Below, one piece after another: positions 46,201 to 59,127 of a stretch of DNA of 64,000 bases (its first letter is position 1; every line of letters starts with the position of its first letter). The position numbers and the translations under genes were made by a program. The notes under the pieces were generated by a model. It was not told the DNA's origin. It made no database searches and saw nothing but the letters and a program-made list of their open reading frames with translations. Origin of the DNA: Rhynchopus sp. YZ270_cl-10. Its lineage: Eukaryota. Location: the NCBI GenBank assembly GCA_964035575.1, contig OZ037839.1, positions 1,178,001-1,242,000 on the forward strand. The letters are read 5' to 3'.

Positions 46201-49200
46201 CGCGTTTTTCTCAAAAGAACGCGTTTCGGTGAAAGCGGCGCGTTTTCCTCAAAAGAACGCGTTTCGGTGAAAGCGGCGCGTTTTTCTCAAAAGAACGCGT
46301 TTCGATGAAAGCGGCGCGTTTTCCTCAAAAGAACGCGTTTCGGTGAAAGCGGCGCGTTTTTCTCAAAAGAACGCGTTTCGATGAAAGCGTCGCGTTTTCC
46401 TCAAAAGAACGCGTTTCGATGAAAGCGGCGCGTTTTTCTCAAAAGAACGCGTTTCGGTGAAAGCGTCGCGTTTTCCTCAAAAGAACGCGTTTCGATGAAA
46501 GCGGCGCGTTTTTCTCAAAAGAACGCGTTTCGATGAAAGCGGCGCGTTTTTCTCAAAAGAACGCCTTTCGATGAAAGCGGCGCGTTTTCCTCAAAAGAAC
46601 GCGTTTCGATGAAAGCGGCGCGTTTTTCTCAAAAGAACGCGTTTCGGTGAAAGCGGCGCGTTTTTCTCAAAAGAACGCGTTTCGATGAAAGCGGCGCGTT
46701 TTCCTCAAAAGAACGCGTTTCGATGAAAGCGGCGCGTTTTCCTCAAAAGAACGCGTTTCGATGAAAGCGGCGCGTTTTTCTCAAAAGAACGCGTTTCGGT
46801 GAAAGCGGCGCGTTTTCCTCAAAAGAACGCGTTTCGGTGAAAGCGGCGCGTTTTCCTCAAAAGAACGCGTTTCGGTGAAAGCGGCGCGTTTTCCTCAAAA
46901 GAACGCGTTTCGATGAAAGCGGCGCGTTTCCTCAAAAGAACGCGTTTCGATGAAAGCGGCGCGTTTTCCTCAAAAGAACGCGTTTCGGTGAAAGCGCGTT
47001 TTTCTCAAAAGAACGTGTTTCGATGAAAGCGGCGCGTTTTCCTCAAAAGAACGTGTTTCGATGAAAGCGGCGCGCTTTTCTCAAAAGAACGCGTTTCGAT
47101 GAAAGCGGCGCGTTTTCCTCAAAAGAACGCGTTTCGATGAAAGCGGCGCGTTTTTCTCAAAAGAACGCGTTTCGATGAAAGCGGCGCGTTTTTCTCAAAA
47201 GAACGCGTTTCGATGAAAGCGGCGCGTTTTCCTCAAAAGAACGCGTTTCGATGAAAGCGGCGCGTTTTTCTCAAAAGAACGCGTTTCGATGAAAGCGGCG
47301 CGTTTTTCTCAAAAGAACGCGTTTCGATGAAAGCGGCGCGTTTTTCTCAAAAGAACGCGTTTCGATGAAAGCGGCGCGTTTCCTCAAAAGAACGCGTTTC
47401 GATGAAAGCGGCGCGTTTTCCTCAAAAGAACGCGTTTCGGTGAAAGCGTCGCGTTTTCCTCAAAAGAACGCGTTTCGATGAAAGCGTCGCGTTTTCCTCA
47501 AAAGAACGCGTTTCGGTGAAAGCGGCGCGTTTTTCTCAAAAGAATCCGTTTCGGTGAAAGCGGCGCGTTTTCCTCAAAAGAACGCGTTTCGGTGAAAGCG
47601 TCGCGTTTTCCTCAAAAGAACGCGTTTCGATGAAAGCGTCGCGTTTTCCTCAAAAGAACGCGTTTCGATGAAAGCGGCGCGTTTTTCTCAAAAGAACGCG
47701 TTTCGGTGAAAGCGGCGCGTTTTTCTCAAAAGAACGCGTTTCGGTGAAAGCGGCGCGTTTTTCTCAAAAGAACGCGTTTCGGTGAAAGCGGAGGGTTTTC
47801 CTCAGAAGAACGCGTTTCGCTGAAAGCGGCGCGTTTCCTCAAAAGAACGCGTTTCGATGAAAGCGGCGCGTTATTCTCAAAAGAACGCGTTTCGGTGAAA
47901 GCGGCGCGTTTTTCTCAAAAGAACGCGTTTCGATGAAAGCGTCGCGTTTTCCTCAAAAGAACGCGTTTCGATGAAAGCGGCGCGTTTTTCTCAAAAGAAC
48001 GCGTTTCGGTGAAAGCGTCGCGTTTTTCTCAAAAGAACGCGTTTCGATGAAAGCGGCGCGTTTTTCTCAAAAGAACGCGTTTCGATGAAAGCGGCGCGTT
48101 TTTCTCAAAAGAACGCGTTTCGATGAAAGCGGCGCGTTTTTCTCAAAAGAACGCGTTTCGATGAAAGCGGCGCGTTTTCCTCAAAAGAACGCGTTTCGGT
48201 GAAAGCGGCGCGTTTTTCTCAAAAGAACGCGTTTCGATGAAAGCGGCGCGTTTTTCTCAAAAGAACGCGTTTCGATGAAAGCGGCGCGTTTTTCTCAAAA
48301 GAACGCGTTTCGATGAAAGCGGCGCGTTTTTCTCAAAAGAACGCGTTTCGATGAAAGCGGCGCGTTTTTCTCAAAAGAACGCGTTTCGATGAAAGCGGCG
48401 CGTTTTTCTCAAAAGAACGCGTTTCGATGAAAGCGGCGCGTTTTTCTCAAAAGAACGCGTTTCGGTGAAAGCGGCGCGTTTTCCTCAAAAGAACGCGTTT
48501 CGATGAAAGCGTCGCGTTTTCCTCAAAAGAACGCGTTTCGATGAAAGCGGCGCGTTTTTCTCAAAAGAACGCGTTTCGGTGAAAGCGTCGCGTTTTTCTC
48601 AAAAGAACGCGTTTCGATGAAAGCGGCGCGTTTTTCTCAAAAGAACGCGTTTCGATGAAAGCGGCGCGTTTTTCTCAAAAGAACGCGTTTCGATGAAAGC
48701 GGCGCGTTTTTCTCAAAAGAACGCGTTTCGATGAAAGCGGCGCGTTTTCCTCAAAAGAACGCGTTTCGGTGAAAGCGGCGCGTTTTTCTCAAAAGAACGC
48801 GTTTCGATGAAAGCGGCGCGTTTTTCTCAAAAGAACGCGTTTCGATGAAAGCGGCGCGTTTTTCTCAAAAGAACGCGTTTCGATGAAAGCGGCGCGTTTT
48901 TCTCAAAAGAACGCGTTTCGATGAAAGCGGCGCGTTTTTCTCAAAAGAACGCGTTTCGATGAAAGCGGCGCGTTTTTCTCAAAAGAACGCGTTTCGATGA
49001 AAGCGGCGCGTTTTTCTCAAAAGAACGCGTTTCGGTGAAAGCGGCGCGTTTTCCTCAAAAGAACGCGTTTCGATGAAAGCGTCGCGTTTTCCTCAAAAGA
49101 ACGCGTTTCGGTGAAAGCGGCGCGTTTTTCTCAAAAGAACGCGTTTCGATGAAAGCGGCGCGTTTTCCTCAAAAGAACGCGTTTCGGTGAAAGCGGCGCG

Positions 49201-52200
49201 TTTTTCTCAAAAGAACGCGTTTCGGTGAAAGCGGCGCGTTTTCCTCAAAAGAACGCGTTTCGGTGAAAGCGTCGCGTTTTCCTCAAAAGAACGCGTTTCG
49301 GTGAAAGCGGCGCGTTTTCCTCAAAAGAACGCGTTTCGGTGAAAGCGTCGCGTTTTCCTCAAAAGAACGCGTTTCGGTGAAAGCGTCGCGTTTTCCTCAA
49401 AAGAACGCGTTTCGATGAAAGCGGCGCGTTTTTCTCAAAAGAACGCGTTTCGATGAAAGCGGCGAGTTTTTCTCAAAAGAACGCGTTTCGATGAAAGCGG
49501 CGCGTTTTCCTCAAAAGAACGCGTTTCGGTGAAAGCGTCGCGTTTTCCTCAAAAGAACGCGTTTCGGTGAAAGCGGCGCGTTTTCCTCAAAAGAACGCGT
49601 TTCGGTGAAAGCGGCGCGTTTTCCTCAAAAGAACGCGTTTCGGTGAAAGCGGCGCGTTTTTCTCAAAAGAACGCGTTTCGATGAAAGCGGCGCGTTTTTC
49701 TCAAAAGAACGCGTTTCGGTGAAAGCGGCGCGTTTTCCTCAAAAGAACGCGTTTCGATGAAAGCGTCGCGTTTTTCTCAAAAGAACGCGTTTCGGTGAAA
49801 GCGGCGCGTTTTCCTCAAAAGAACGCGTTTCGATGAAAGCGGCGCGTTTTCCTCAAAAGAACGCGTTTCGGTGAAAGCGGCGCGTTTTTCTCAAAAGAAC
49901 GCGTTTCGATGAAAGCGGCGCGTTTTCCTCAAAAGAACGCGTTTCGATGAAAGCGGCGCGTTTTCCTCAAAAGAACGCGTTTCGATGAAAGCGGCGCGTT
50001 TTTCTCAAAAGAACGCGTTTCGGTGAAAGCGGCGCGTTTTCCTCAAAAGAACGCGTTTCGATGAAAGCGGCGCGTTTTCCTCAAAAGAACGCGTTTCGGT
50101 GAAAGCGGCGCGTTTTCCTCAAAAGAACGCGTTTCGATGAAAGCGGCGCGTTTTGCTCAAAAGAACGCGTTTCGGTGAAAGCGGCGCGTTTTTCTCAAAA
50201 GAACGCGTTTCGGTGAAAGCGGCGCGTTTTCCTCAAAAGAACGCGTTTCGGTGAAAGCGGCGCGTTTTCCTCAAAAGAACGCGTTTCGATGAAAGCGGCG
50301 CGTTTTTCTCAAAAGAACGCGTTTCGGTGAAAGCGGCGCGTTTTCCTCAAAAGAACGCGTTTCGATGAAAGCGGCGCGTTTTCCTCAAAAGAACGCGTTT
50401 CGATGAAAGCGGCGCGTTTTTCTCAAAAGAACGCGTTTCGATGAAAGCGGCGCGTGTTCCTCAAAAGAACGCGTTTCGGTGAAAGCGGCGCGTTTTCCTC
50501 AAAAGAACGCGTTTCGATGAAAGCGGCGCGTTTTTCTCAAAAGAACTCGTTTCGATGAAAGCGGCGCGTTTTCCTCAAAAGAACGCGTTTCGATGAAAGC
50601 GGCGCGTTTTTCTCAAAAGAACGCGTTTCGATGAAAGCGGCGCGTTTTCCTCAAAAGAACGCCTTTCGATGAAAGCGGCGCGTTTTTCTCAAAAGAACTC
50701 GTTTCGATGAAAGCGGCGCGTTTTCCTCAAAAGAACGCGTTTCGGTGAAAGCGGCGCGTTTTCCTCAAAAGAACGCGTTTCGGTGAAAGCGGCGCGTTTT
50801 CCTCAAAAGAACGCGTTTCGATGAAAGCGGCGCGTTTTCCTCAAAAGAACGCCTTTCGATGAAAGCGGCGCGTTTTTCTCAAAAGAACTCGTTTCGATGA
50901 AAGCGGCGCGTTTTCCTCAAAAGAACGCGTTTCGGTGAAAGCGGCGCGTTTTCCTCAAAAGAACGCGTTTCGATGAAAGCGGCGCGTTTTCCTCAAAAGA
51001 ACGCCTTTCGATGAAAGCGGCGCGTTTTTCTCAAAAGAACTCGTTTCGATGAAAGCGGCGCGTTTTCCTCAAAAGAACGCGTTTCGATGAAAGCGGCGCG
51101 TTTTTCTCAAAAGAACGCGTTTCGATGAAAGCGGCGCGTTTTCCTCAAAAGAACGCGTTTCGGTGAAAGCGGCGCGTTTTTCTCAAAAGAACGCGTTTCG
51201 GTGAAAGCGGCGCGTTTTCCTCAAAAGAACGCGTTTCGGTGAAAGCGGCGCGTTTTCCTCAAAAGAACGCGTTTCGGTGAAAGCGGCGCGTTTTTCTCAA
51301 AAGAACGCGTTTCGGTGAAAGCGGCGCGTTTTTCTCAAAAGAACGCGTTTCGGTGAAAGCGGCGCGTTTTCCTCAAAAGAACGCGTTTCGATGAAAGCGG
51401 CGCGTTTTCCTCAAAAGAACGCGTTTCGGTGAAAGCGGCGCGTTTTCCTCAAAAGAACGCGTTTCGGTGAAAGCGTCGCGTTTTCCTCAAAAGAAAGCGT
51501 TTCGATGAAAGCGGCGTGTTTTTCTCAAAAGAACGCGTTTCGATGAAAGCGGCGCGTGTTCCTCAAAAGAACGCGTTTCGATGAAAGCGGCGCGTTTTTC
51601 TCAAAAGAACGCGTTTCGATGAAAGCGGCGAGTTTTTCTCAAAAGAACGCGTTTCGATGAGAGCGGCGCGTTTTCCTCAAAAGAACGCGTTTCGGTGAAA
51701 GCGTCGCGTTTTCCTCAAAAGAACGCGTTTCGGTGAAAGCGGCGCGTTTTCCTCAAAAGAACGCGTTTCGGTGAAAGCGGCGCGTTTTCCTCAAAAGAAC
51801 GCGTTTCGGTGAAAGCGGCGCGTTTTTCTCAAAAGAACGCGTTTCGGTGAAAGCGGCGCGTTTTCCTCAAAAGAACGCGTTTCGATGAAAGCGGCGCGTT
51901 TTCCTCAAAAGAACGCGTTTCGGTGAAAGCGGCGCGTTTTCCTCAAAAGAACGCGTTTCGATGAAAGCGGCGCGTTTTCCTCAAAAGAACGCGTTTCGGT
52001 GAAAGCGGCGCGTTTTTCTCAAAAGAACGCGTTTCGATGAAAGCGGCGCGTTTTCCTCAAAAGAACGCGTTTCGATGAAAGCGGCGCGTTTTCCTCAAAA
52101 GAACGCGTTTCGGTGAAAGCGGCGCGTTTTTCTCAAAAGAACGCGTTTCGATGAAAGCGGCGCGTTTTCCTCAAAAGAACGCGTTTCGGTGAAAGCGGCG

Positions 52201-52813
52201 CGTTTTCCTCAAAAGAACGCGTTTCGGTGAAAGCGGCGCGTTTTTCTCAAAAGAACGCGTTTCGATGAAAGCGGCGCGTTTTTCTCAAAAGAACGCGTTT
52301 CGGTGAAAGCGTCGCGTTTTTCTCAAAAGAACGCGTTTCGGTGAAAGCGGCGCGTTTTCCTCAAAAGAACGCGTTTCGATGAAAGCGGCGCGTTTTCCTC
52401 AAAAGAACGCGTTTCGATGAAAGCGGCGCGTTTTCCTAAAAAGAACGCGTTTCGGTGAAAGCGGCGCGTTTTTCTCAAAAGAACGCGTTTCGGTGAAAGC
52501 GGCGCGTTTTCCTCAAAAGAACGCGTTTCGATGAAAGCGGCGCGTTATTCTCAAAAGAACGCGTTTCGATGAAAGCGGCGCGTTTTCCTCAAAAGAACGC
52601 GTTTCGATGAAAGCGGCGCGTTTCCTCAAAAGAACGCGTTTCGGTGAAAGCGGCGCGTTTTTCTCAAAAGAACGCGTTTCGGTGAAAGCGGCGCGTTTTC
52701 CTCAAAAGAACGCGTTTCGATGAAAGCGGCGCGTTTTCCTCAAAAGAACGCGTTTCGATGAAAGCGGCGCGTTTCCTCAAAAGAACGCGTTTCGGTGAAA
52801 GCGGCGCGTTTTC
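28223..52813. repeat. 24.6-kb homogeneous 38-bp satellite array (roughly 650 units)
   Basis: Uninterrupted head-to-tail units with three dimorphic positions and rare private variants. Confidence 0.99.
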
Positions 52814-54283
52814 ATGAAAAGTGACCTTGAAGTTACCATTTTTATTATTTTGGAGAACAGCGTTAGGACCCCTGATTGCGTGGTCGGACAATTTTTTTTG
52901 GCCATCAGTTTTTTGTTCAACGAACCTTGGGAGAAAAGTCCCGGTGGTTCAGTTATTGAGTGATATATTTTTAATTTTTGTTAAAAATGTCACTTTACAC
53001 TCAACACTTCTCTCTTAACAGGTACTCGAACTGACGACCCTTCATTGTGACAGCGAAGCAGATCCGACCCATAGACCACCCTAATTATTCTGAAACTCTT
53101 AGTCAGTCACTGTTCTAGCCATTAACCCAGGGAGCATAGCTAGTGCAAGAAATTCGACTTCGGGATCCGGAAGTCTGTCCTCTGCTCTTGTGGAGGACTA
53201 GACACAAGAAAATATTGCGTTCCCCTAGGAAGCAATTTTTGTCACAGTAATTTTTGCCCAGGGCATGCTCTTGAAGCATGGCGGCTTGGTGTGAGAAGGG
53301 GCAGTGTGTTGTTTTGTTCTAGATTTCAACGGTTGTTTGAACGAGTCAAGTGGATGCTTATCTAAACACTGACTTTAGTACAGACCCGAGAGATCACACA
53401 TGACTTTGAGGAAAGAATAAAGCAATGCATCTGTACCCGCACGCCAGGTTGTAGTCACTTCAGAATTTTCTTAAGTTTGCATGAACGAGGAGGGGCGAAT
53501 CATTCTTCGGGAACCATTAGCTGCATACCGTGGAATGATTTTCTCAAAAATAAGACGTGGGGGCTGAATTCATATCCCTTAGAATTGCGAATTCAGCCTT
53601 TGTAGAAGGTACGTCTTACTTGTACTTGTACTTGTATGCCGTGTCACCCTTCTCGACCTTACCGGTTCACACGCTTGGAAGCACTGTAACCCTTCTCGCT
53701 ATTGCAAACTTAAGAATTTTCTGCTGTAACTTACCAAAATCGATTTTCTTTCACCCCAAACACCCGCAACACCCCACCTGCTACTTCGGTAGCCTGTGTT
53801 GTTGGGAGTTGGTTCTCATGTTGATTGGGCGGCCCAGATCTGGAGATCTGGCCAGATCTGGCAGCATCCGTGTAGTGCTTGACACTAGCTTTTTTATTTT
53901 TTTGGAAATCTCTGGGACTCTGGTCATGGACTTTCTTTTCATGTTGGGATTTGAACTTGTTTGGGAGCGTTATTGGTAGTATTTTGTTACCCTCCACTGT
54001 CCTGTGAACTTCGTCTGAAATAATATTTTATTTTTAATGGGGGTCCCACTGACGAAAGCAGGTGAGGCAGACCCTCTAGTTGAGTCCCCTGTTTGTCTCT
54101 AGTTTTGAGGCTGAACCCTGCCGCGTTTATATTGTCGCCCCTCCCCTTAATATGTCCACCTCCCTTAATCACGCAACACTCTACATGACTGACAGGTGAA
54201 CTGAAGAATGATGTATTGAATCTAATTATTCTCGAGTTTTTGTACACACACATAATGAAGTAAAGGGACGGTGCAGCACTGAT

Positions 54284-57200
54284 ATGTCCATTGCATGCTT
54301 CGCGCTGAACAGCTCGTCTCTTGCACACTGTGGTGCGGCTGCCAATCTTGCTGTAGAGACTTTGACAGAGTGTTGCAGTTTCGAGAAGTACGCCTGCGTG
54401 GATAGTACCGACGGAGCACAACAGCTCATCAAGTCGCTCAAGGCAAAACATACACATGTTGTTGTACTGGCTGCGAGTGTGCAAGATGTTGGTGGACGAC
54501 AATCAGATACGCTTGTGGCGCTGAAGGCCCTGTGCACCGAGCATTCAAAGTTTGTGACAGTGTTGTTCGATGTGTCTGTTGAAATCCAAACAACGCCGAC
54601 ATTTTGTGGTGTCAAGTGCCGCCAGCCACATTCCGAGAAGCCAATGTTTTTGCAGTCAATCAACTACGACGCAAGCTGCTGGGTACCAGACACAGGCAGC
54701 TTCTGCATACCCTTGGAGTACCCGTTGCTGTCCTGTGGGATGTTTAGTGCTGGTGGTGGTGTGCTCCTCTGTACGGGCTGGGGTGTGTGCGGGTGGCTCA
54801 CTGCCGCAGCGGACCACATTGCACAGACGCTTGTAGGACATATTTTGAAGGAAACGCAGGCAGACATCACCACTGCCGATGTTGTGTCCAGTCTCCGACT
54901 GCACCTTGTCCACACGGACCGTTCAGTTACGATTGAGGTTCCGGAACGCCTTTCTTTGGGGGTGTCTTTAGTGCAGACGACTGCGGTGTGTCGTGCCTCG
55001 CTCGAGGCCATGCAGGAGTGCTTTGTGCAGGATGAGCGCGACTCACGTGACGATGCCTCTAGCAGCGCGTCGTCAGGTGTAAGCCGTGCTGGCAGGTTTG
55101 CTACACCGACGTTGCAGGAATGCGTTGCGACATGGCCTGCCGTGCGCAGCAGGCCAGACACCCTACAGTGCAGCGACACGGGCACCTGCGACATGCAGCA
55201 GTGTGTCTTCTCGACTTATCTTCAGGTGAAGCCGTTTACAGCCCCTGTCTTCCGCCCCGTTCAGGCGCAGGCAGGTGTCAACAACCTTTCCTATGGCGAC
55301 CACAAGGCGACCACCCACGATTCAGACTACTGCGGTTTTGAGAGCCGCCGTGACGCACAGTCCTACGGGAAGCTGGCAGCCGCACCACACAGCTTTGCCG
55401 CATACAGCAGGGCAGTGGCTTTTGTCCGCACCTTACAGGGCATGGGCACGTCCGGCCCTGCACCACACATGACAGCGGTTGCGGTGGTGCAGCACAGGGA
55501 GTTCCGGTTCTACCTGAAGGCGGCATCCAAACGCGACAACGTTCTTGCGTTTTTGAAACGGAAGAAGCTCGACGTAGTGCGTGTGTGGCTGGAGCGGACA
55601 AGACACGCACGCACACCCGACACAACAGACGACACTGTCGACGGAGAGGAGAGCGGGCCACCCTCGGAGTGTTCCCTCTGCAGCGCAGACCCGCCTGCAT
55701 CAGAAGGGGCAGAGCTGGCTGCCTCGTTTGTGTACATCCTTCACGTCACTGTGTTGCCGCAGGCAGGTGGTGCAGAGAAGGTGGACTTGCTGCGGTCAGG
55801 GCCCGATGCATTGAGTGCACCGGTGCTGGTGTTGCCTGACAACTTCGCACTCCCGGTGTTCCAGCGGGTCAGCGTCTGTGTCGGGCTGCCGAAAGCACAG
55901 TTCGAGTATATGAAGCGACTCACGACGGAAGGTGCCTGCGTGCTTTCACGTGTTGTGAAGAATGACTTCGAGCACCACGCCACTACCACCACCACCACGG
56001 CCGCACCGCAGGAGGCAGCTGCAGGGGGCCCTTTCTCGCAACCCCTCAAACGCTTTTTGAATGCGAAACGCTTGCTCGACCGAGCGACGCGCCGCACGCC
56101 GCCCCTGGACTGCGGGAGCAGTGCCTACTACTTTGCGCAGGCGCTGACTTTGGGGCGCGGCTTCTTTGCGAACCTGGAGATGGACCTGGGGCGGTGCGAT
56201 CTGCATGGTGTTGTGCGTCCTGTGGTGCAGCTTGTGGGGGGGCGGTGCCATGCGTCATGGGTGTGTGCACGTGCCCGCAGTGTGCAAGGCTCTGATGCGC
56301 CACCACGTAGCTCAGCTACAGAGCGATCCAGCCCGAAGCTTGATCTAAACACAGCGTTTTCCGAGGCTGCGTGGAACAGCCGCTTCACCACGCCCCACGA
56401 CTTCCCAGAGGAGATGCAACCCACAGGGCGGGAGCGGCGCCAACAGCTTGTTGCCCTCTACCGTCGGGATGCGGACCCCCACCTCGCACACTACCTCCGC
56501 AGGCAAGGCCGTGTCGCAGCCGTGCGCACAGCCCCGCCAGAGATGGAGCCACCCGCATTCGAGCAGCGCTACCAGCAAAAGATCCTCTTCTCTGATTCGT
56601 ATCCGGTGTACCTTCTTGGGGGGCAGGAGTGCCGGACTGGGTATGGCTCGAACTTTGAGCGGCAGTGTGCGTCGTTTGGGTATTTGAAGGCGTTTGCGAC
56701 GTTGCGGGAGGGTGCGCTGTCGCAGGGTGCGGGGGCAGAGGCAGAGACGGCTGAGGTGGCGACACCGCGTTCAGTCCTCGCGTCCTCCGCTGTGCTGTCG
56801 CCAAAGGAGCGGATGCTGCTCTCCATGACATCCGTCGAGACCGACGGTGTGACCTCACCACAATCCACAGCGCTCTCCGAAGGCGAGAAGAAGGCCGCCC
56901 CACAACACGACACTGCACGTCCCCAGCTCTCCCTCCGCCCCCTCCCCAGCGGGACAAGCACCACCAGCACCCTCAGCGGGATGATGGAGATCAAAAAGTA
57001 CTACAACGCGATGAACAGAAACAGCATCGACTTTGAGGTGCGGGACGACGTCCGCCAGGGGATCAGCAGACGCATGCTCACACCCCAGCAGGGAAGCACC
57101 GAGGCGCAGAAGGCTACCTCAGAGACGTACACAGCACAGAACAAACAGGTTGGGATCCAAAAGTATTGCGCGACCCTGGCAGGAAGCCGAGGCAAGAAGT

Positions 57201-58786
57201 CGGCGAAGAAGAGTACATTGGAGAACTTCAACAAGGCGTTGGGCATCGCAGAGGGGGGGAGCCCGTTCCTCTTGAAGCACTCTCAGCGGCAGAGGTTCAG
57301 GTTCCATGCAAAGGGCTGCGTCAAGAAGCCGAAGACAGCGTCACAAGCAGCACCACAGGCAGCTCCGCAGTCTCGTCAAAGCCCGGCGCAAACACAAATC
57401 TTCTTGTGGGTGTTCAGCTCGCAGCAGGTTTTGGACATCGCCAACACGTTTCATAAGTTCTGCAACGCAGTTGAGAAGGAGTCCTTCATATGCAAAGTGT
57501 GTGCAGATGCAGTGCGCAGGGTCTCAGCCGCGTCCGTCCACACGAACAGCTCTTCCAGCGACACCGCCTCGAACAGCACACCCAGCACCGCTGACACAGA
57601 GTACTGTGCGTGCCCCGACATCTACCTCCAGGTCAAGACCATCCGTGTATCGTGCGACCCGACGTCGCAAGGCTTCAAACACTTTGCACGCCTCGTGCGG
57701 GACATGCGGCGGCAGACGTTCCACGCACTGCTGGGGAGAGGCTCGCGTGGTGCGGTGCGTGAGGAGGCGGAGATGACGACAGACCCGACAGCGTTCCATA
57801 TGTCTGCAGGTGTGCTGCAGCGTCTTCTGCAGGCATGGGTCGGGGCAGGGGGGGAGTGGTACACAGTCCCGCTGTGCATGTTTGTCATGCTGGCAACGGT
57901 GGTGACGTCTGCGAAGAACCTTGCCCTGTTGACAGGCTTCCGCTCCCGATGCACAAGAAAGATGTCGAAGATCGAATGCTCGAACGACTTCGCCGAGTAT
58001 GAGTTCTTCTTGCGGCGTGAGGCTGAGAGTGCGGGCAGCTGCGGCTCTGTGGGTGTGCGGTGGGGCCCGCTGCTCTTTTCCAAATGCTTCTCGCAGTTTT
58101 CCCCGCGGTTGTCAGAGTCCATGCTGCTGCTCTGCGCACTCCCTACACAGGCACAGCTCCACCTCATGCGGGCAGGTGTGCACAGGTTCTACGAAGAGTC
58201 TGGACGCTCCATCCGCAAGAAGCACATCTTCCTCCACCCCACACTCCCCACAGGCCAGCCAATCGTTCCGACTGAAGAGCACGAACCCACAGCTTCGGAA
58301 GCTGACGTGCATGCAGGAGGACTGTCAAGGGGGGGCAGCGAGTATGATGAAGAGCGTTTCGTCCCTGAGGGTGAAGAGGGCCAGGAGGGCCAGGAGGGAG
58401 AAGGCGAGTGTGCCGACACTGCTGATGTCGCACACCAGGATGTTACCATGCACCGCATTCACCTCTCTTCAGAAGCAGAGGTCGAAGGTGCGCCACAAGC
58501 TGAACTCACACCCGAACCAGAGTCTCACTTCGCATCCAAAGCTGTACCCGAACACGGAGCTGAAATTGAGTTGATGTCACCCGAAGCTGAAGTTGTCCCC
58601 AACATTCAACCCGACACAGCATCCAGCATGCAGACAGCTGCCGCACAGCCTCGGACAGAGGCTGCCGTCTCCACCGCACAGCCAGACGAAGACATCGCGT
58701 GGGGCAACGGCGCGGAAGCGGTGTGGGGCGAGGTGCTCGCCCAGGTCACAGATAGCATGGATCCTGCGGACCAGGCGTGCCCCTGA
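54284..58786 (+). CDS. Large hypothetical protein (1500 aa), no recognisable domain, acidic low-complexity C-terminus
   Basis: 4.5-kb stop-free ORF with ATG, higher GC than its flanks, and normal amino-acid composition. Confidence 0.82.
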   Translation: MSIACFALNSSSLAHCGAAANLAVETLTECCSFEKYACVDSTDGAQQLIKSLKAKHTHVVVLAASVQDVGGRQSDTLVALKALCTEHSKFVTVLFDVSVEIQTTPTFCGVKCRQPHSEKPMFLQSINYDASCWVPDTGSFCIPLEYPLLSCGMFSAGGGVLLCTGWGVCGWLTAAADHIAQTLVGHILKETQADITTADVVSSLRLHLVHTDRSVTIEVPERLSLGVSLVQTTAVCRASLEAMQECFVQDERDSRDDASSSASSGVSRAGRFATPTLQECVATWPAVRSRPDTLQCSDTGTCDMQQCVFSTYLQVKPFTAPVFRPVQAQAGVNNLSYGDHKATTHDSDYCGFESRRDAQSYGKLAAAPHSFAAYSRAVAFVRTLQGMGTSGPAPHMTAVAVVQHREFRFYLKAASKRDNVLAFLKRKKLDVVRVWLERTRHARTPDTTDDTVDGEESGPPSECSLCSADPPASEGAELAASFVYILHVTVLPQAGGAEKVDLLRSGPDALSAPVLVLPDNFALPVFQRVSVCVGLPKAQFEYMKRLTTEGACVLSRVVKNDFEHHATTTTTTAAPQEAAAGGPFSQPLKRFLNAKRLLDRATRRTPPLDCGSSAYYFAQALTLGRGFFANLEMDLGRCDLHGVVRPVVQLVGGRCHASWVCARARSVQGSDAPPRSSATERSSPKLDLNTAFSEAAWNSRFTTPHDFPEEMQPTGRERRQQLVALYRRDADPHLAHYLRRQGRVAAVRTAPPEMEPPAFEQRYQQKILFSDSYPVYLLGGQECRTGYGSNFERQCASFGYLKAFATLREGALSQGAGAEAETAEVATPRSVLASSAVLSPKERMLLSMTSVETDGVTSPQSTALSEGEKKAAPQHDTARPQLSLRPLPSGTSTTSTLSGMMEIKKYYNAMNRNSIDFEVRDDVRQGISRRMLTPQQGSTEAQKATSETYTAQNKQVGIQKYCATLAGSRGKKSAKKSTLENFNKALGIAEGGSPFLLKHSQRQRFRFHAKGCVKKPKTASQAAPQAAPQSRQSPAQTQIFLWVFSSQQVLDIANTFHKFCNAVEKESFICKVCADAVRRVSAASVHTNSSSSDTASNSTPSTADTEYCACPDIYLQVKTIRVSCDPTSQGFKHFARLVRDMRRQTFHALLGRGSRGAVREEAEMTTDPTAFHMSAGVLQRLLQAWVGAGGEWYTVPLCMFVMLATVVTSAKNLALLTGFRSRCTRKMSKIECSNDFAEYEFFLRREAESAGSCGSVGVRWGPLLFSKCFSQFSPRLSESMLLLCALPTQAQLHLMRAGVHRFYEESGRSIRKKHIFLHPTLPTGQPIVPTEEHEPTASEADVHAGGLSRGGSEYDEERFVPEGEEGQEGQEGEGECADTADVAHQDVTMHRIHLSSEAEVEGAPQAELTPEPESHFASKAVPEHGAEIELMSPEAEVVPNIQPDTASSMQTAAAQPRTEAAVSTAQPDEDIAWGNGAEAVWGEVLAQVTDSMDPADQACP

Positions 58787-59127
58787 CACGACCTCTGTTT
58801 CCCCTTCCCGGCCAGTAAAAAGGAACGCTTTACAGCGTCGTTCTTTCTGTGTTCTATTTTAAAAATATTTTAGTACCTATCAAAGTACGGGTTTGCGGAT
58901 TCTTGTTCTCAGTCAAAACAGTGCTGTGGATAGACAGTGACCCTGTAAGGACCATGACACATCACGTTGCCTTTCATATGGAAAAAAACACACCTGTCAG
59001 TTCTTGCTCATAAGGGAAGAGTACCTGGATAAATGGAAAAAAAAGAAAGTTATTTTGTTGTATCTTGCCTCCCTCCTCCTCCTTCTCAACACTCACCCCA
59101 CAACAGAGCAACACTTCACTCGAAACA

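Noticed and set aside
28223..52813. 38-bp palindromic repeat as a CRISPR array
   Set aside because: Units are head-to-tail with no unique spacers and no cas genes; eukaryotic context.
53834..53862. Triple AGATCT cluster including GGAGATCTGG
   Set aside because: Only a 10-bp match to the element end, with no further homology or hairpin terminus.
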